Shown here: positions 48,787-61,685 of the stretch, in pieces
Layout: each line of letters begins with the position of its first letter
Position numbering within the stretch: position 1 is the stretch's first letter
Source of the DNA: Owenia fusiformis
Lineage: Eukaryota
Direction: 5' to 3'
DNA: 64,000 bases
Assembly (NCBI GenBank): GCA_903813345.2
Contig: CAIIXF020000001.1
Location: 5,890,001 to 5,954,000, forward strand
Notes under the pieces: model-generated
Databases searched by the model: none
What the model was told of the DNA's origin: nothing
The model's input: the letters and a program-made list of their open reading frames with translations, nothing else
Translations under genes and position numbers: made by a program

Positions 48787-49265
48787 AGGGACAAAGTGCT
48801 GAAATGAAGTCTCACTTTTGATCTTCATAGTATTTCCAATGGATAAATAAGTACCTGATCTTTCATTTGACACCAAAAAGAGCTCAAACAGACCACATCA
48901 GACTTGACACTAGATCATGAAAAAATATTTTTGATCTATCAATTTATATGTGTCAAGTTTTTAGCAATGCCATAGAAAGATGGCATTGTTGTTTGCATTG
49001 ATTATCCATTCATTTTTGATAGGATTTTCAAGCATACGCCATCTTTTAATCCAAGAGTTATTTAAAACATACATTTTGTGAAAAGTGGTAATTCACTTTT
49101 TTCAATCTCTGAACTTCAAAATGCAGTTTTCTATGCGAATAATTTTTTTTTCACTTCAGTATTATCCCAAATTAAAGTTTTCATCATATTTGATTGACTG
49201 TGTGAGTGACATGTCTCAACTAATATTTTGTCCTTTTTTCCTTCAAAAATAGGCGCATTGCCTGT
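48787..49265. mobile_element. TTAA-flanked Kolobok-like non-autonomous element
   Basis: TTAA|agggacaaagtgc...gcgcattgcctgt|TTAA, with degenerate TIRs. Confidence 0.45.
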
Positions 49266-49755
49266 TTAATGAACATTGTCTAGTGTGATGTTCAGAATGT
49301 CACCCATGCCTAATTTAGGAATCTAATATATCATAGGATCAATGGTAATGGGGATGTTCGGGTATTTTTAAATGCATTATAAACTAAATCAAGCTGCTCC
49401 CAGAGTACGGTACTAACCAGTTATTCAGGAGATGCATTGTTTTGGAACGCTGTATGAAAATGGAATACTTTGAAGGGTATTCCAATAATGCTGCCCTGGA
49501 ATGCTTGCAAGCCGTTTTGTTGCAAATTATCACTTGAGATTGGTGTTCATATGCAGTACTACCATCTATATTTGAAAAAAAACATTTTTTATTCGCTCAA
49601 ATTGCTGTTTGGGACTCGTTGTATAGACATATATACCCAAAGTGGAGATAGGTAACGCGGTGCAGACACGTGTAGCTGTTCAAAACGAGACTGCAACGCG
49701 GTATAGACACAAAATGGCTTCTTTAGAAACCTTTGAATTGGTGGTAAGTTTATTT

Positions 49756-51227
49756 ACAAGGCATTAACATGACAAAATGTCACCACCTAAAACAATTTGG
49801 TCAATTTAAAGCAAGTTGGAAAATACCTTTTGACCTTAAGAAGGTTTGATTTGAACTTCTTAGAACATGTAGATGATTTTGAAAAAAAAATTCGTCAATT
49901 TGAAGCAAGTTGAAAAAATACCTCTTTGACTTTTTTTGACATTGAGAAGGTCATTGAAGGTCAAATGTAAAGTCAGATTTGAACTTCTGAGAACATGTAG
50001 ATGATTTTGAAAAAAAATTAGTAAATTTGAAGCAAGTTGAAAAAAGACCTTTTTGACCTTGAAAAGGTCATTGAAGGTCAAATGTCAAATCTAAAGTCAG
50101 ATTTGAACTTCTGAGAACATGTAGATGATTTTGAAAAAAAATTAGTCAATTTGAAGCAAGTTGAAAAAAGACCTTTTTGACCTTGAGAAGGTCATTGAAG
50201 GTCAAAGGTCAAATCTAAAGTCAGATTTGAACTTCTGAGAACTTGTAAAGTCAAATTTGAAGTTGAAAACAGACCTTTTTTACCTTTTTTTACCTTGAGA
50301 AGGTCATTAAAGGTCAAATGTCAAATCTAAAGTCAGATTTGAATTTCTGAGAACATGTAGATGATTTTGAAAAAAAATTAGTCAATTTGAAGCAAGTTGA
50401 AAAAAGACCTTTTTTGACCTTGAGAAGGTCATTGAAGGTCAAATGTCAAATCTAAAGTCAAATCTAAAGTCATATTTGAATTTCTGAGAACATGTAGATG
50501 ATTTTGAAAAAAAAATTTAGTCAATTTGAAGCAAGATGAAAAATACCTTTTTGACATTGAGAAGGTCATTGAAGGTCAAATGTCAAATCTTAAGTCAAAT
50601 CTAAAGTCAGATTTGAATTCCTGAGAACACGTAGATGATTTTGAAAATTTTTTTTAGTCAATTTGAAGCAAGTTGAAAACAGACCTTTTTGACCTTTTTG
50701 ACCTTGAGAAGGTCATTGAAGGTCAAATGTCAAATCTTAAGTCAAATCTTAAGTCAGATTTGAAAAAAATTTAGTCAATTTGAAGCAAGTTGAAAACAGA
50801 CCTTTTTGACCTTTTTTGACCTTGATAAGGTCATTGAAGGTCAAATGTCAAATCTAAAGTCAGATTTGAAGGTCAAATGTCAAATCTAAAGTCAAATCTA
50901 AAGTCAGATTTGAATTTCTGAGAACATGTAGATGATTTTGAAAAAAATTTTAGTCAATGTGAAGCAAGTTGAAAAAAGACCTTTTTGACCTTGAGAAGGT
51001 CATTGAAGGTCAAATGTCAAATATAAAGTCAGATTTGAACTTCTGAGAACATGTAGATGATTTAGAAAAAAATTGAAGTCAGTCTAAACAGTATTTGTTA
51101 AGTTATAGGAAGTTGTAAGAAATTGTTACAGACGCCGGACGCCAACCTCCAACCGCCGGACGCCAACCGCCGTCGCAAAAAAACGGAGACCACAACAATA
51201 TGTCACCACTTTTGGTGGTGACATAAT
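49756..51227 (+). mobile_element. Helentron/DINE/pearl-like non-autonomous element carrying a satellite array (~10 units of ~120-140 bp)
   Basis: Starts acaaggcattaacatgacaaaatgtcaccac. Central ttgaagcaagttgaaaa...gaaggtcattgaaggtcaaa repeats, then gccggacgcc microrepeats. Terminal hairpin atgtcaccac-tttt-ggtggtgacat. Confidence 0.8.
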
Positions 51228-53048
51228 AAGCTACCTACATCAGTTTGAGTATCATATATCTATTATAGCATACACCATTCCGTGGAGAACTTTACAAAGT
51301 ATGTCTGTGTGGAGCTATTTGAAATTTAGTCAATCGGGGAAATATATTCTGGGAACACAAAGTCAATCATGTGCGAAAATTTGACGACCAGAGCATCGTT
51401 CTAGCTTCAGTTCTGTGATTCTGACTTTGTCACTGGGCACATGTCTATAAAATCACGTATATTACCACGGCAATCTATATATCTTCAAAGTGTGATCACT
51501 GTTAACCGATTCTGGGTCGCAAACCAAGCATATTTTGAAAACGCAGTGCAGATACTATGGCAACGCGGGTCCAGACATCATACATAATTGATAAAACTGG
51601 AAACGAGGTGACAGCAATGAAGCTGATGTTCTATCATGTACGATAATTATATAATTAAAGCATATTCTATCTGCAATTTTTACGGGACATGGACGCGATA
51701 TTTTGGTGCGTTGGCCTCACCCCCACCCCATAGTTGGTGTAAATTTCCTATCGGTTTCTATTTCCTTCAACATTTATACTAATTGTTGACGTACTCCAAA
51801 GTATTCGTTTCATTCGGTACAGGGACAGATTCCCAATGCTCGATCCATTTCAGAGAAAGTTGGTACCTACATGTAGGCCGCGTTGCCATACAATATAAAC
51901 TATGCTGCTGACTCGTTGCCATATTGCAGAAAATGACTGTGCCGCGTTTCCGGCGAGTTCAATTTTGTAAGCATATTGCGAGAAAAACAAAGAAAAGTTT
52001 CAATCTTAATTTGTATGGCACATTCTCCACTGGTCAATCCCTAATCCCAAATTTCCATGGATTTACATACCTCGAGGGATTCTTCACCGATTGTGAAGCA
52101 TAAGTTTTCAAAAACGTACCTATGTTTCGAGGAAATGGAGGACGAAGTGGGTCTGATAATCGGAGTTGCCTCCATTTTAGTCTGTAACGCGTTGCAGCCT
52201 CCTTTTGAACAGCTATGCGTGGCTGCGCCGCGTTACCTATTTCCACCTTGATACCGCGTGACACAAAATATGCTACCCATCCGTCATTTCACCCATCCAT
52301 AACTTTCTCAATAATCAAGTAATCTTCGTGGTTTTTTATGTGTAGATATATGACATCACTAAGAATATAAGTAAAAATATGTCTTAGCTTTTAAAATTTA
52401 CCTTGTCTAGCTACAAGCCCTTGTACAACCCCCCCCGCCCTACACATACCTCCCCACAAGTGTGAGATGTATGAGATGCGTGTAGTTAAGTCTTGGAGCT
52501 AGACTAAAAATTACCCAATAAGCGAGTCAGCTCATCAATGACAAAAGTATAAGGAAAGTGGTGAGATATGACACACGGGGTGAGTCAAAAAAGGTAATCC
52601 AAACAAATGTAATAACTCCGTCTCCCAACATCATATTTAGCACAATTAAACCTTCTTCAATGTTCCGCCTTCATTATACGAAGTTTCATTGCTCTAGTTT
52701 TACACCCCAGTCACATTTCCCACGGCCGCCGTGTGGTCTATCATTTCTGCGGTCCGTAACATTTCTACGCTCGCCGTAGAATTTCGGCGGTCAGATACTT
52801 TTGCAGTCACATTTCCTACAGCAACCGCATGTCGAATTTTGTTGATATGAAAACCACGGTTGACGTGCGGCCTTTTAAATGGTGAATCACGGTCATCGTA
52901 CGGTCTCCCTACGGAGGGCGTAGTTTTTTCAGAATACAAAAGCAGATACAACCTGGCCCCGTGGCAAACGTACGTTGACCATACACTATAGTTGTACAGT
53001 CAATGCTCATAAAGTGGTTGCGGTATTGCCGCAACGATAGCAGTTGCG

Positions 53049-53352
53049 CAAGGAGGATTGGCTCCCAGAGTGCAACATCGATATTCTGTCCCATATATGG
53101 GCATGTCGTGCTACAAAATTTGAATTCCAACAACCGCCATTTTGTTCACTTCAACATTTGAATCGTGAATTTTGGTCTTATTTCTTAACGAAAAATTCCA
53201 AAACTCACAGGAAATGATCGAGATATTGGTTCGAATCTTTTGAACTGTTTATTTTGAATTTATAATCGGTTAAAATTTCAGAAAATAACGACATCTCGGC
53301 GTTTTCATTGTTGGAAAATATCGACTTCGATTCTGGGAGCCAATCCTCCTTG
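53049..53352. mobile_element. 304-bp MITE with a perfect 21-bp TIR (CAAGGAGGATTGGCTCCCAGA) and a 9-bp TSD
   Basis: gcagttgcg at 53040-53048 and 53353-53361. Confidence 0.92.
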
Positions 53353-53555
53353 GCAGTTGCGCTCATGCCGCAATATTAATGTCAAATTCAGTGCTAATAT
53401 TAGGCCTATTTATTAAATTTGAGAGTTAAAAAATAAGTATTTATTTACAAAGTGAATAATAAATAAAATCATAATGTTTGGAGGCGGTTTTCTGAAGACA
53501 AATAATGATATGCTGATTCCTGACAGGCACAGATATATTCACTCCTGATCTACAA

Positions 53556-53569
53556 CAAAAATGGCGGAC
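53556..53569 (+). promoter_or_regulatory. YY1/Kozak-type motif AAAATGGCGG overlapping the start codon of the spliced C2H2 gene
   Basis: caaaaATGGCGGACTCTGA|gtaagt. Confidence 0.55.
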
Positions 53570-54216
53570 TCTGAGTAAGTTGGCACGTTTTTATTTCTAT
53601 TTGTTCAACTTATTATGTTGGGAGGAAGAGTGTGGGGTATACTCGGCCATGGGTACACGTAAATAAACTCGGGGGAGGGTGGTATGTATGCAATTCTTGG
53701 GGGGCGGAATGTGCAGTCCTATAGGATCAGGACGATCTTTTTTGTAGACACTGGTGGGCCTAGACTATATCCTATTTAGTCTGAATTATATTCAGACTAT
53801 AAGGCACCTATGTTAAAGTTTGGCAATTCTATATATTTGTTTACATAGGAAGTGCTATTCAAAATGGCCGATTGGGTAAAATTAATTTGCACATTTGTTA
53901 CTTCAACTAGCTTTATTTCCACTTGACAATATGCTATGTTACTTTTTATTGCATTTAATTGTACCTTACTATTTAATTGAAATTTTGTAATGTTTATTTT
54001 ATTGAAAAAATGGTTCCTCCAATTGATAATTTTGTGCAAAAAATTTCACTGCAATTTCCACAGGAAAGTAGTACATCATAACAGACTGACTTCTAGTCAG
54101 TCTGTTGGATACATACTACTGGTGGGCCAAATTTCAAATTAAATTCCTAACTTTATTGTATTTTAATCCACATCAGGGGTCATATCCAAAGCATTTTAGT
54201 TAACTATAGCTATAAA

Positions 54217-54244
54217 CATGGGCTCTACCATGATAGAGCCCATG
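54217..54244. mobile_element. 28-bp hairpin micro-insertion (CATGGGCTCTA...TAGAGCCCATG) with a flanking direct repeat
   Basis: ctataaa at 54210-54216 and 54245-54251. An alternative parse gives a 9-bp gctataaac repeat. Confidence 0.7.
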
Positions 54245-55360
54245 CTATAAACGAGATGAGATCCGTCGAACTTCGATGTATGCGGTTACATATTGACCTG
54301 ACTTAGCAGCTAGACTATATCCTCTACTACTTTTTTCAAGGCCTGACTGCGTCGCTAACATGCTAAGAGTTAGCTGACGTTTGGGAGTCTGTCTTACCTT
54401 CTAAAGGTTAGAACCCGAATCTTAATGAAACCATATCACCTTTGTTCCGTCAACCATGGAGCATTTGCCACAACATCCAAGAGGTAAATCATGGATCGAG
54501 AAAATGAATGATTTCCTTGTAAGTTCCGGAAGTTTCAATACGAAAAATTACCGAACATATGTGAAAACCGAATATTTGTTCGTTGTTTTCATGATTTACA
54601 GGTTCGTTTGTTCTTCAATGTTTTGGTCTAAATTATAAAGCATCACCAACAGGTCTTACTCTATTAATCGACTAATACAGCAGACGGCTCATATTTCTAC
54701 GTAGCATTTCATTCAGACCAATAGTGGGAGTGTAGATCACGCAGTTTCGTTCGTTGCGTACTTCACTTGAAATTGGTAATTTTAAATATTGACTACTTCA
54801 CTTAGCTTGGCGGATGTAGAACATTGCTTAATATTCTTTTAATTTTCACACCAGACATGCTTGGTTGACACGTCAACAAAGTAAAGTTCAAGGTCAATGC
54901 GTTATTTCGTGATAACTACAACGCCTTCCCGGAAGTCAACATTGATGAAAAATGAAAAAGTCGGAAAAGCATTTACGCTAATTTCTATCAAATGCTATGT
55001 TTATGCATCATCATCGATGCAACAAAGGTGATATGAAAAAAGTAGTAGTCTGAAATTTTTTTGAAATTTGGATATAGACTAGACCTGACCATGGGGCTTT
55101 TTTGACATTGGCTTATATTTCCGTTTAACGAAGTCCGCCATGTTTGTTTTTGAAAAATTTTAAAAGAAGATTGAAATCACCAACAGGCGAGATCTTATTC
55201 AAGACGACTGACCCAGAAAATATGAATTATCTGCAATTGTCGAAAATAGTTCCCTATGGACTAACAAGGGTCATGTCTTATCCAATTCCAGGACTTATAG
55301 TCCTGCACCTCCCTGGTAATCTGGTAATGTTTTCAATCAAACTGTGTCAAATATATAAGG

Positions 55361-56283
55361 GTTATGTACTGGGAGGTTTTGGATACAGGGAATATCCCGA
55401 GGGATATACAATATATCTTCCCGAGGGACCGAAGGGACCGAGGGAAGATGTATTGTATATCCCAAGGGATATTCCATGTATCCAAACCGACTGTGCATAA
55501 CTGGTGTATCTCATACTTGAGTGGGTTTAGGGTAGATATAACCTTTTCGACCTTTTTCAAATGACCAGATATTTATATTTATTCCATAGTTAGCATGATA
55601 TTCATAGGATAACATGTGAAAATAAAAACGGTATTTTTTTAATCAGTGGTAAAATATGATATTTTTGACAGATTTTCACTTAACCATAGCATACGGTTTT
55701 TTAGCCATGGCATACGACGTCGTATGCAATGGTTTATGGATTTTTGCTACTTCAGACTCAAAACGAGGCTAAGTGTCAACATCGCCGGATCGTTTGGAAA
55801 ATTCGAATTAAATGACTTAATTTCCGAAGATTCTGATGATGACTTTAACTATGGAATAAAAAGAACATCCTATGATTTACTCGTGATATGATTTTAATCC
55901 ACTCATGGTTATTGAAATCTGCACTCTCTCGCTACGCTCGCTCGTGCAGATATCATATCCATTCGTGGATAAAAATCATATCACTCATAAATCATAGGAT
56001 ATCCTCTATTTAACATTTTCGTAATATTCTTTTTGTTCAATACAATGAAATTGTAACATTTAAACTTAAAAAAATTAAATTTTAAAATTAGAAAATTAAA
56101 ACTTTTGATATTTAAACTTTTTTAAACTTTTGAAAAATTCCCGGGAGCGGGATGGATATATTATATCTGCCCGCATTTGGCCTGGAGCGGGACATATACA
56201 ATATATCCTGCCCGTTCCTCAGATATGATATATATTCCCGAGTGATATCTACCCCAAACCCACTTAAGTATGAGATACACAAG
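55361..56283. mobile_element. Crypton-like composite: a 140-bp palindrome plus an inverted-repeat pair
   Basis: Palindrome 55361-55501 centred on ccgagggaccgaagggaccgaggg. tgtatctcatactt...gggtagatat (55505-55539) is inverted at ~56245-56279. No TSD. Confidence 0.55.
55862..56008. mobile_element. Palindromic Crypton-like repeat nested in 55361-56283
   Basis: atcctatgattta...taaatcataggat arms around a tcgctacgctcgctcgt centre. Confidence 0.6.
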
Positions 56284-56986
56284 TGTATAAGTCGCATAAA
56301 TATAATTAAAAGCGATGAAATCAAGTTTTGATTTGATTTGAGAGTATGACCTTCAGTTATTATTGATAGTAGGAATCGACGGGGCGGAATCACTCACAGT
56401 TAAAAATAAATCAATAAACTACGATCTTTACAAGCTACACTTTTTTACAATTTTTTATCCAATATTGCAAGATTTATGGTACATCCAGGCCGTCCAACTG
56501 TCCCGCAATTTGCGTATTTGTCACGCATTTGCTGGAAAATTTGAAGTCACGACAGTTTTTTTTTGCGTGACAGAGTTTGTCATGCAAATATGCAATTTAC
56601 CTGATTATTGTCCAGCAAAAATATTCCTGTAGAAAAACTTTCAAAAATGATCGGTGATACACCACAAAACCGAACGATGAAAAAAAAATGAACGCATTTC
56701 GTTCAGACTTTTCACGCGGATATGGTATATGTCACGCATTTTGCCTGAAATATTTCATACCTGCCCTACTACAAATTCTCAGGTGTTTAAATCTGATGTA
56801 CATCTGATTTAATTAACTTTAATGACCTTCTCAAGGTCAAAAAAGATTCATTATATTGTGAGCAATTATGTGGTGACATTTTGACGTGTTAATGCCTTGT
56901 TTCAAATTTTGTAATCATGACAAGACTCATATATAGCAGAATAAATATTCACATTTCACAAGTAGTAAAATTTATTATCTAATAAT

Positions 56987-58213
56987 CACGGTGTTATAGC
57001 ATGACGGTTACGACAAGGCGATTTGCAAAATTTTGCGGTAATGATTACAAAAAATGGTGGATGGGAAAGACAGCATGTCCTCTTTCTCGCCTGTAGGCAA
57101 GATTCACAGATAAGATTTCCTTTTTAACTAGTTCCATTCGGTGACATATATATGGATGGTTATAAAGACTGGGTCAAATCTGCCAGGTGGATTACTAGAA
57201 GCGGAATATAAGCTGTAAACTTACCGACTGAGATGTCCAAGTTCATATTTTTTAGTCCATTCTCGTGATTTCTCAGTATATGTGCCTCAGAGCCACTCAA
57301 ACTATTAAGCCATAAAATGACATATTCAGAACAGGAACGTGGTCATATTGTAAATAATAAGGTTTCAAACGCAATGTCGTTAGACGACTACGTATGAATT
57401 CTATGGACGGTAACGTATTGTATTAGATGTACATTAGATGTTCAGCGGACGGTGACGTGCATGTACATCTTTCAAGTTAAGGTTGCTAGTTCTGATAGCC
57501 TCTTTCCATGTAATTGTTATAATGGGTAAGAAATGGAATATTGAATTGCTTATATTTGTTTTCAGGACTCGCAAGAGACGCTCTTGTTTGAGCCTCTATA
57601 GGGCAAGGAAAAAATTGTGTCTTGCTTTATTAATGAAACCAATTTAAGTAAAAAAGATAGCAATGAAGAGGCAAAAGAAGAATTAGCATCAAGTACTGAT
57701 GAATATGACAAAATTAATATCAATGAATCTGGGATACATATTTGAACGAGGTTCGCGTAACCGTCAATCAATTTTTGGCGTAACCGCAAATTAAAAATAC
57801 AATATTATGGCTTAAGTAGAACATATTAGGTGGTTTCCAATGCTCAATTCGCTTTTTATGATCGTATGTTGGTTACATCTATATACCCTGAGGTCGTTAA
57901 GCAATGTAGACCATGCCCTGACAACAAAAACAAACAAATTACTAAATTTTGTGAAGTTTTGAATTTCAAACTCAACAGTTTTTCGCTTATTTCATGTTAT
58001 CCCCGGGCATCAATTTGCAAAAAATACGTTCAAACTATACATTACTAAATGCATCACCGAATGCGATGTCTACAAAAATCGTTCATCCTTTCATTGATAC
58101 ACAGTAGAAGAAAATACTGCACCAACCTTAGTTTTCTGTTTTCTTAAATCAGTGATCGTAGTCGTCTAATCTCGTTTTCAGAGGTGTCGTAACCGTCATG
58201 CTATAACACCGTG
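56987..58213. mobile_element. 1227-bp non-autonomous DNA transposon with CACGGTG termini, a perfect 29-bp TIR and a 5-bp TSD ATAAT (Transib-like)
   Basis: ataat|cacggtgttatagcatgacggttacgaca...tgtcgtaaccgtcatgctataacaccgtg|ataat. Internal cgtaaccg motif copies at ~57756-57787. Confidence 0.85.
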
Positions 58214-59426
58214 ATAATGTCAAATGATAATCCGCAACATGACTTATACATAAGTTTAAATCGAGAAAACAAAAAACTCATATCTAGGAAGTTCATCCAT
58301 ATTGTTACATTGATGTTCCGTAAAAGTAACTCGTTGTGGAACAGTGATCCATGTAGGGTTAAACTTTGGAAAAATACATGGTCCTCTATTAATTGAAATT
58401 TCTACAATGTGCAGATTTTTGGTTCTACTTTTTTTTGAGGATGGGGGTTGGAAGGTTTATAATAAAGACTGGTCAGTGTTTTCCATAGCTAGCCTCAAAA
58501 TAGTGTTAAACAAATTTTTATCACGACCTTGTAAAGCTACTGTGTTAGATTCCTGGTTTTTAGTCTTAGATGTGTCATTTTCCAGAATAATCAATGAAAG
58601 CTAAGTCTGGCAAATATCTCATTTCCATATTATACTTTTTCAGAGAAACTATGAACACAAAGAAAAGGAAAAGGGACAGGATACACATTTCATAACAGTT
58701 TGAAGGTAAGGTATCGAAACCATTTTTGTTATTTTCTTACATGACAATGAGGACTTCTTGTGCTGAACCTTTTCTCAATGATACTTTTCCTGATGAAATC
58801 TCACTTATTGAAAGCACATTAACATGTGATCAAACTACTCATATTCTTTCTATATCAATACAAAGCCATAATAAAAAGTAGGTATCTTTATGCTTTTGCA
58901 GACCGGGCTTACCAGAAGTGCAAGCATTGTGAATTCACAACAAACAAAAGGGGCATGATGGGTCATCATGTTAGGAAAGAACACCAAAGAGGTAAGCCTA
59001 ATTTTGTAAAGTATATGACCCTGTCATAGGCATTAGACAGCTGCTTTAGGACAATTCTACAACCAAAATATTTTTTTCTAATTATTAGACTCTATTTAAA
59101 AAAAATAGTAATTGGAACTTGGAACTCAATGTCAAGCATAGGGGCACTGTCTATACTTAAGAATATGAATGTTCCAAATGAAATTTATCAATAATGTATA
59201 GACTCCTAATGACTAATTTTTGTGAGCAGCTTCTAACTATACCAGAGGCGGATCTACCCCATTTGCCAGAGTATGGCATCAGTACGCCTGTCAGATTTAC
59301 CATTTTTTTTCCAAGATAATCAGATGAATGGGGACTCACTAATGTTATTTAATATCATTGTATCACTTTAATGCTATATAATATCATTGTATACATCTGT
59401 ACTTAATTGTTTACTTAAACTGTATA

Positions 59427-59735
59427 CAGGGTGTTTCATATGTATGCACCCCCATCAACTCATAATTGTAGTGTTGCCAGCCTATCATGTTATAAATCAT
59501 TTTGTTCCTCATGGAAAGTTATATAAGATTGCAGTTTCAGAATCCAGAGGCGTCCCTGAAAAAGGATATAATGTATCTCAAAGTGTGTGGGCATGGATCA
59601 TGGGGAAGGAATTTCTGGTCGTTTTGAGGGCAATTTAAAGGAAAAATTTAGTTTCTGTATTTCACATTTCTAGCTAGGGTAGCATATTACATGAATTAGT
59701 TTATGGGGGGGGGGGAGGTGCATACATATGAAACA
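59427..59735. mobile_element. Tc1/mariner-type MITE with an eroded right end
   Basis: TA|cagggtgtttcatatgtatgcacc ... ggtgcatacatatgaaaca. Confidence 0.65.
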
Positions 59736-60430
59736 TGTCAACAGATTGTACGTCTTCTCACATTTCTTAATAGACAGTTTTGTCATTAACTCATGGTGTT
59801 TTAAACTTGATTTCTTTCCGTATGTACCAAATTAATATTAATAAGTTTAATTTAGATAAAGCTGCAGCCCATGGCTATTATTTAAATAGTCATTGCTAGT
59901 TACTTAATACAGATTGAACAAAATGTTAAATGGTACCAACTTCCAAATGTTGTATAGCTTTGGTTGACCATCTTTAGTTCTGGTGAAAATTCCATATCTA
60001 ATTCATGTTGATTATTCTTGTAAGTATGATTTCAGGAAGAATACTCATGAGATATAATTGAATGGTTTTTGAAATTATGAAATAATCTGAACAAAAAAGC
60101 ACATTTTACCGGTACTTAACACTTTCTAATACCTACCAACAATAGACATTATAATTACATGTACAGACCAAATGAATTAAACTGTTTGTGATTTGTCTTC
60201 AAGATGATGGCACTGTGACATGTGGCATTCGTGGATGTGAGGAGGAGGTGCCCAAAGATGGCCTAAAAGCACATGTGTGTGTCCATAAAGGTGAGGTTTG
60301 TTATAGATGGTAACTTGGAGCAATTGTTAATAAACTGTATGTTAAAATATCTTATGTTGAGGGCAAATCAAAAGGCCGTGATAAATGGGTGGAGATAAAT
60401 CAAAATGTACAATAAATTAACTCAATTACT

Positions 60431-60843
60431 CAGATGCGAGTAGGTAATTACCAGTTTCGCCACCAAGTAGCTAATTCGGGGGAAATGAATAAAAAATCGT
60501 AAAATCGTAAACTTGAATATTCATCAGTTTTATTGGTTCATTTTTCATGTTACCCTTATGTATCTTATCGTTTTACAAATTAAAATATGCCCAGTAAAAG
60601 AAAATGTTATCTGCCCAACACAAGAAACACAAGAAAAGATATTTTTATGTGATTTTACAACATGGGGTCTATGGTGAATCTCCTCGACCTAGAAGTAATA
60701 TTTTCAAAGAAAATTAAATTTGCAAAGTTGATCAAGTCTTTTCAAAACCACATTTCTGGATGTGATTTAACATGCAGATTCCAAATCTGACATCAGTTTG
60801 ACTATTTAATGAAGTAAATCAAGATTATTTCTACTCGCATCTA
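60431..60843. mobile_element. MITE with agatgcgagtag TIRs (YAG termini)
   Basis: cagatgcgagtag...ctactcgcatcta. Homologous to 32131-32560. Confidence 0.7.
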
Positions 60844-61325
60844 GTCTATTGAATATGGCCCTTTCTTCCTGAATCACAGAAAATCATTGAATCTTATATT
60901 GTTTACTGTATTTTTTTTTTTTTTTTAACTTTGACATCACTAATTTGGTATATTTTATCTATTTTAGAAGATATCAGTCGGAAAATTGAAGATGATATTG
61001 AGGCTGCTCCATGTGATATTAAAGAGAAGCTACTTCCAGCATGGAAAAATTGGGTATGTATGAGGCAATTATTAGTAAAACATTCTTTGAACTGAACCAA
61101 AAACTTTGTGCCAAAATAAATTGATCTGAGACTTTTCAGGGGGTTTTTCAACTTGAAGTAAGTATTTTCGTAAGGAGCAGTTTCCACTTCCTTCATATCC
61201 TTCCAACTTGTTATTTTATTTTGGCAGGGTGTTTATCTTGATTTGCCAAGTCATTTAATGTAAGTTTAATAGATTGATTTGAGTGTTCAATCATTTTCAG
61301 GTTTACTGGTGCCCATAGATGAAGC

Positions 61326-61685
61326 GAATGACACAAGGACAGATGAACCAAATGAACAAAACAACATGGGGACACAAGGACAGATGGATCGAATGACACA
61401 AGGACAGGTGGACCAAATGAACAAAACAACATGGGGACACAAGGACAGATGGATCGAATGACACAAGGACAGGTGGACCAAATGAACAAAACAACATGGG
61501 GACACAAGGACAGATGGATCGAATGACACAAGGACAGGTGGACCAAATGAACAAAACAACATGGGGACACAAGGACAGATGGATCGAATGACACAAGGAC
61601 AGGTGGACCAAATGAACAAAACAACTCGGGGACACAAGGACAGATGGATCGAACGACACAAGGACAGGTGGACCAAATGAACCTA
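61326..61685 (+). repeat. 65-bp minisatellite, ~5.5 near-identical units, inside exon 6
   Basis: Unit starts at 61326, 61391, 61456, 61521, 61586 and 61651. Confidence 0.95.

Noticed and set aside
58651..58695. Selenocysteine or readthrough explanation for the in-frame stops
   Set aside because: The phase-consistent frame of exon 2 has TAA, not TGA. Further lesions exist downstream and I recognised no SECIS.
61140..61259. Micro-exons 61140-61157 and 61228-61259
   Set aside because: The splice signals are plausible, but including 61228-61259 leaves a 41-nt intron and leads to a stop. The acceptor at 61272 joins exon 5 in phase without them.
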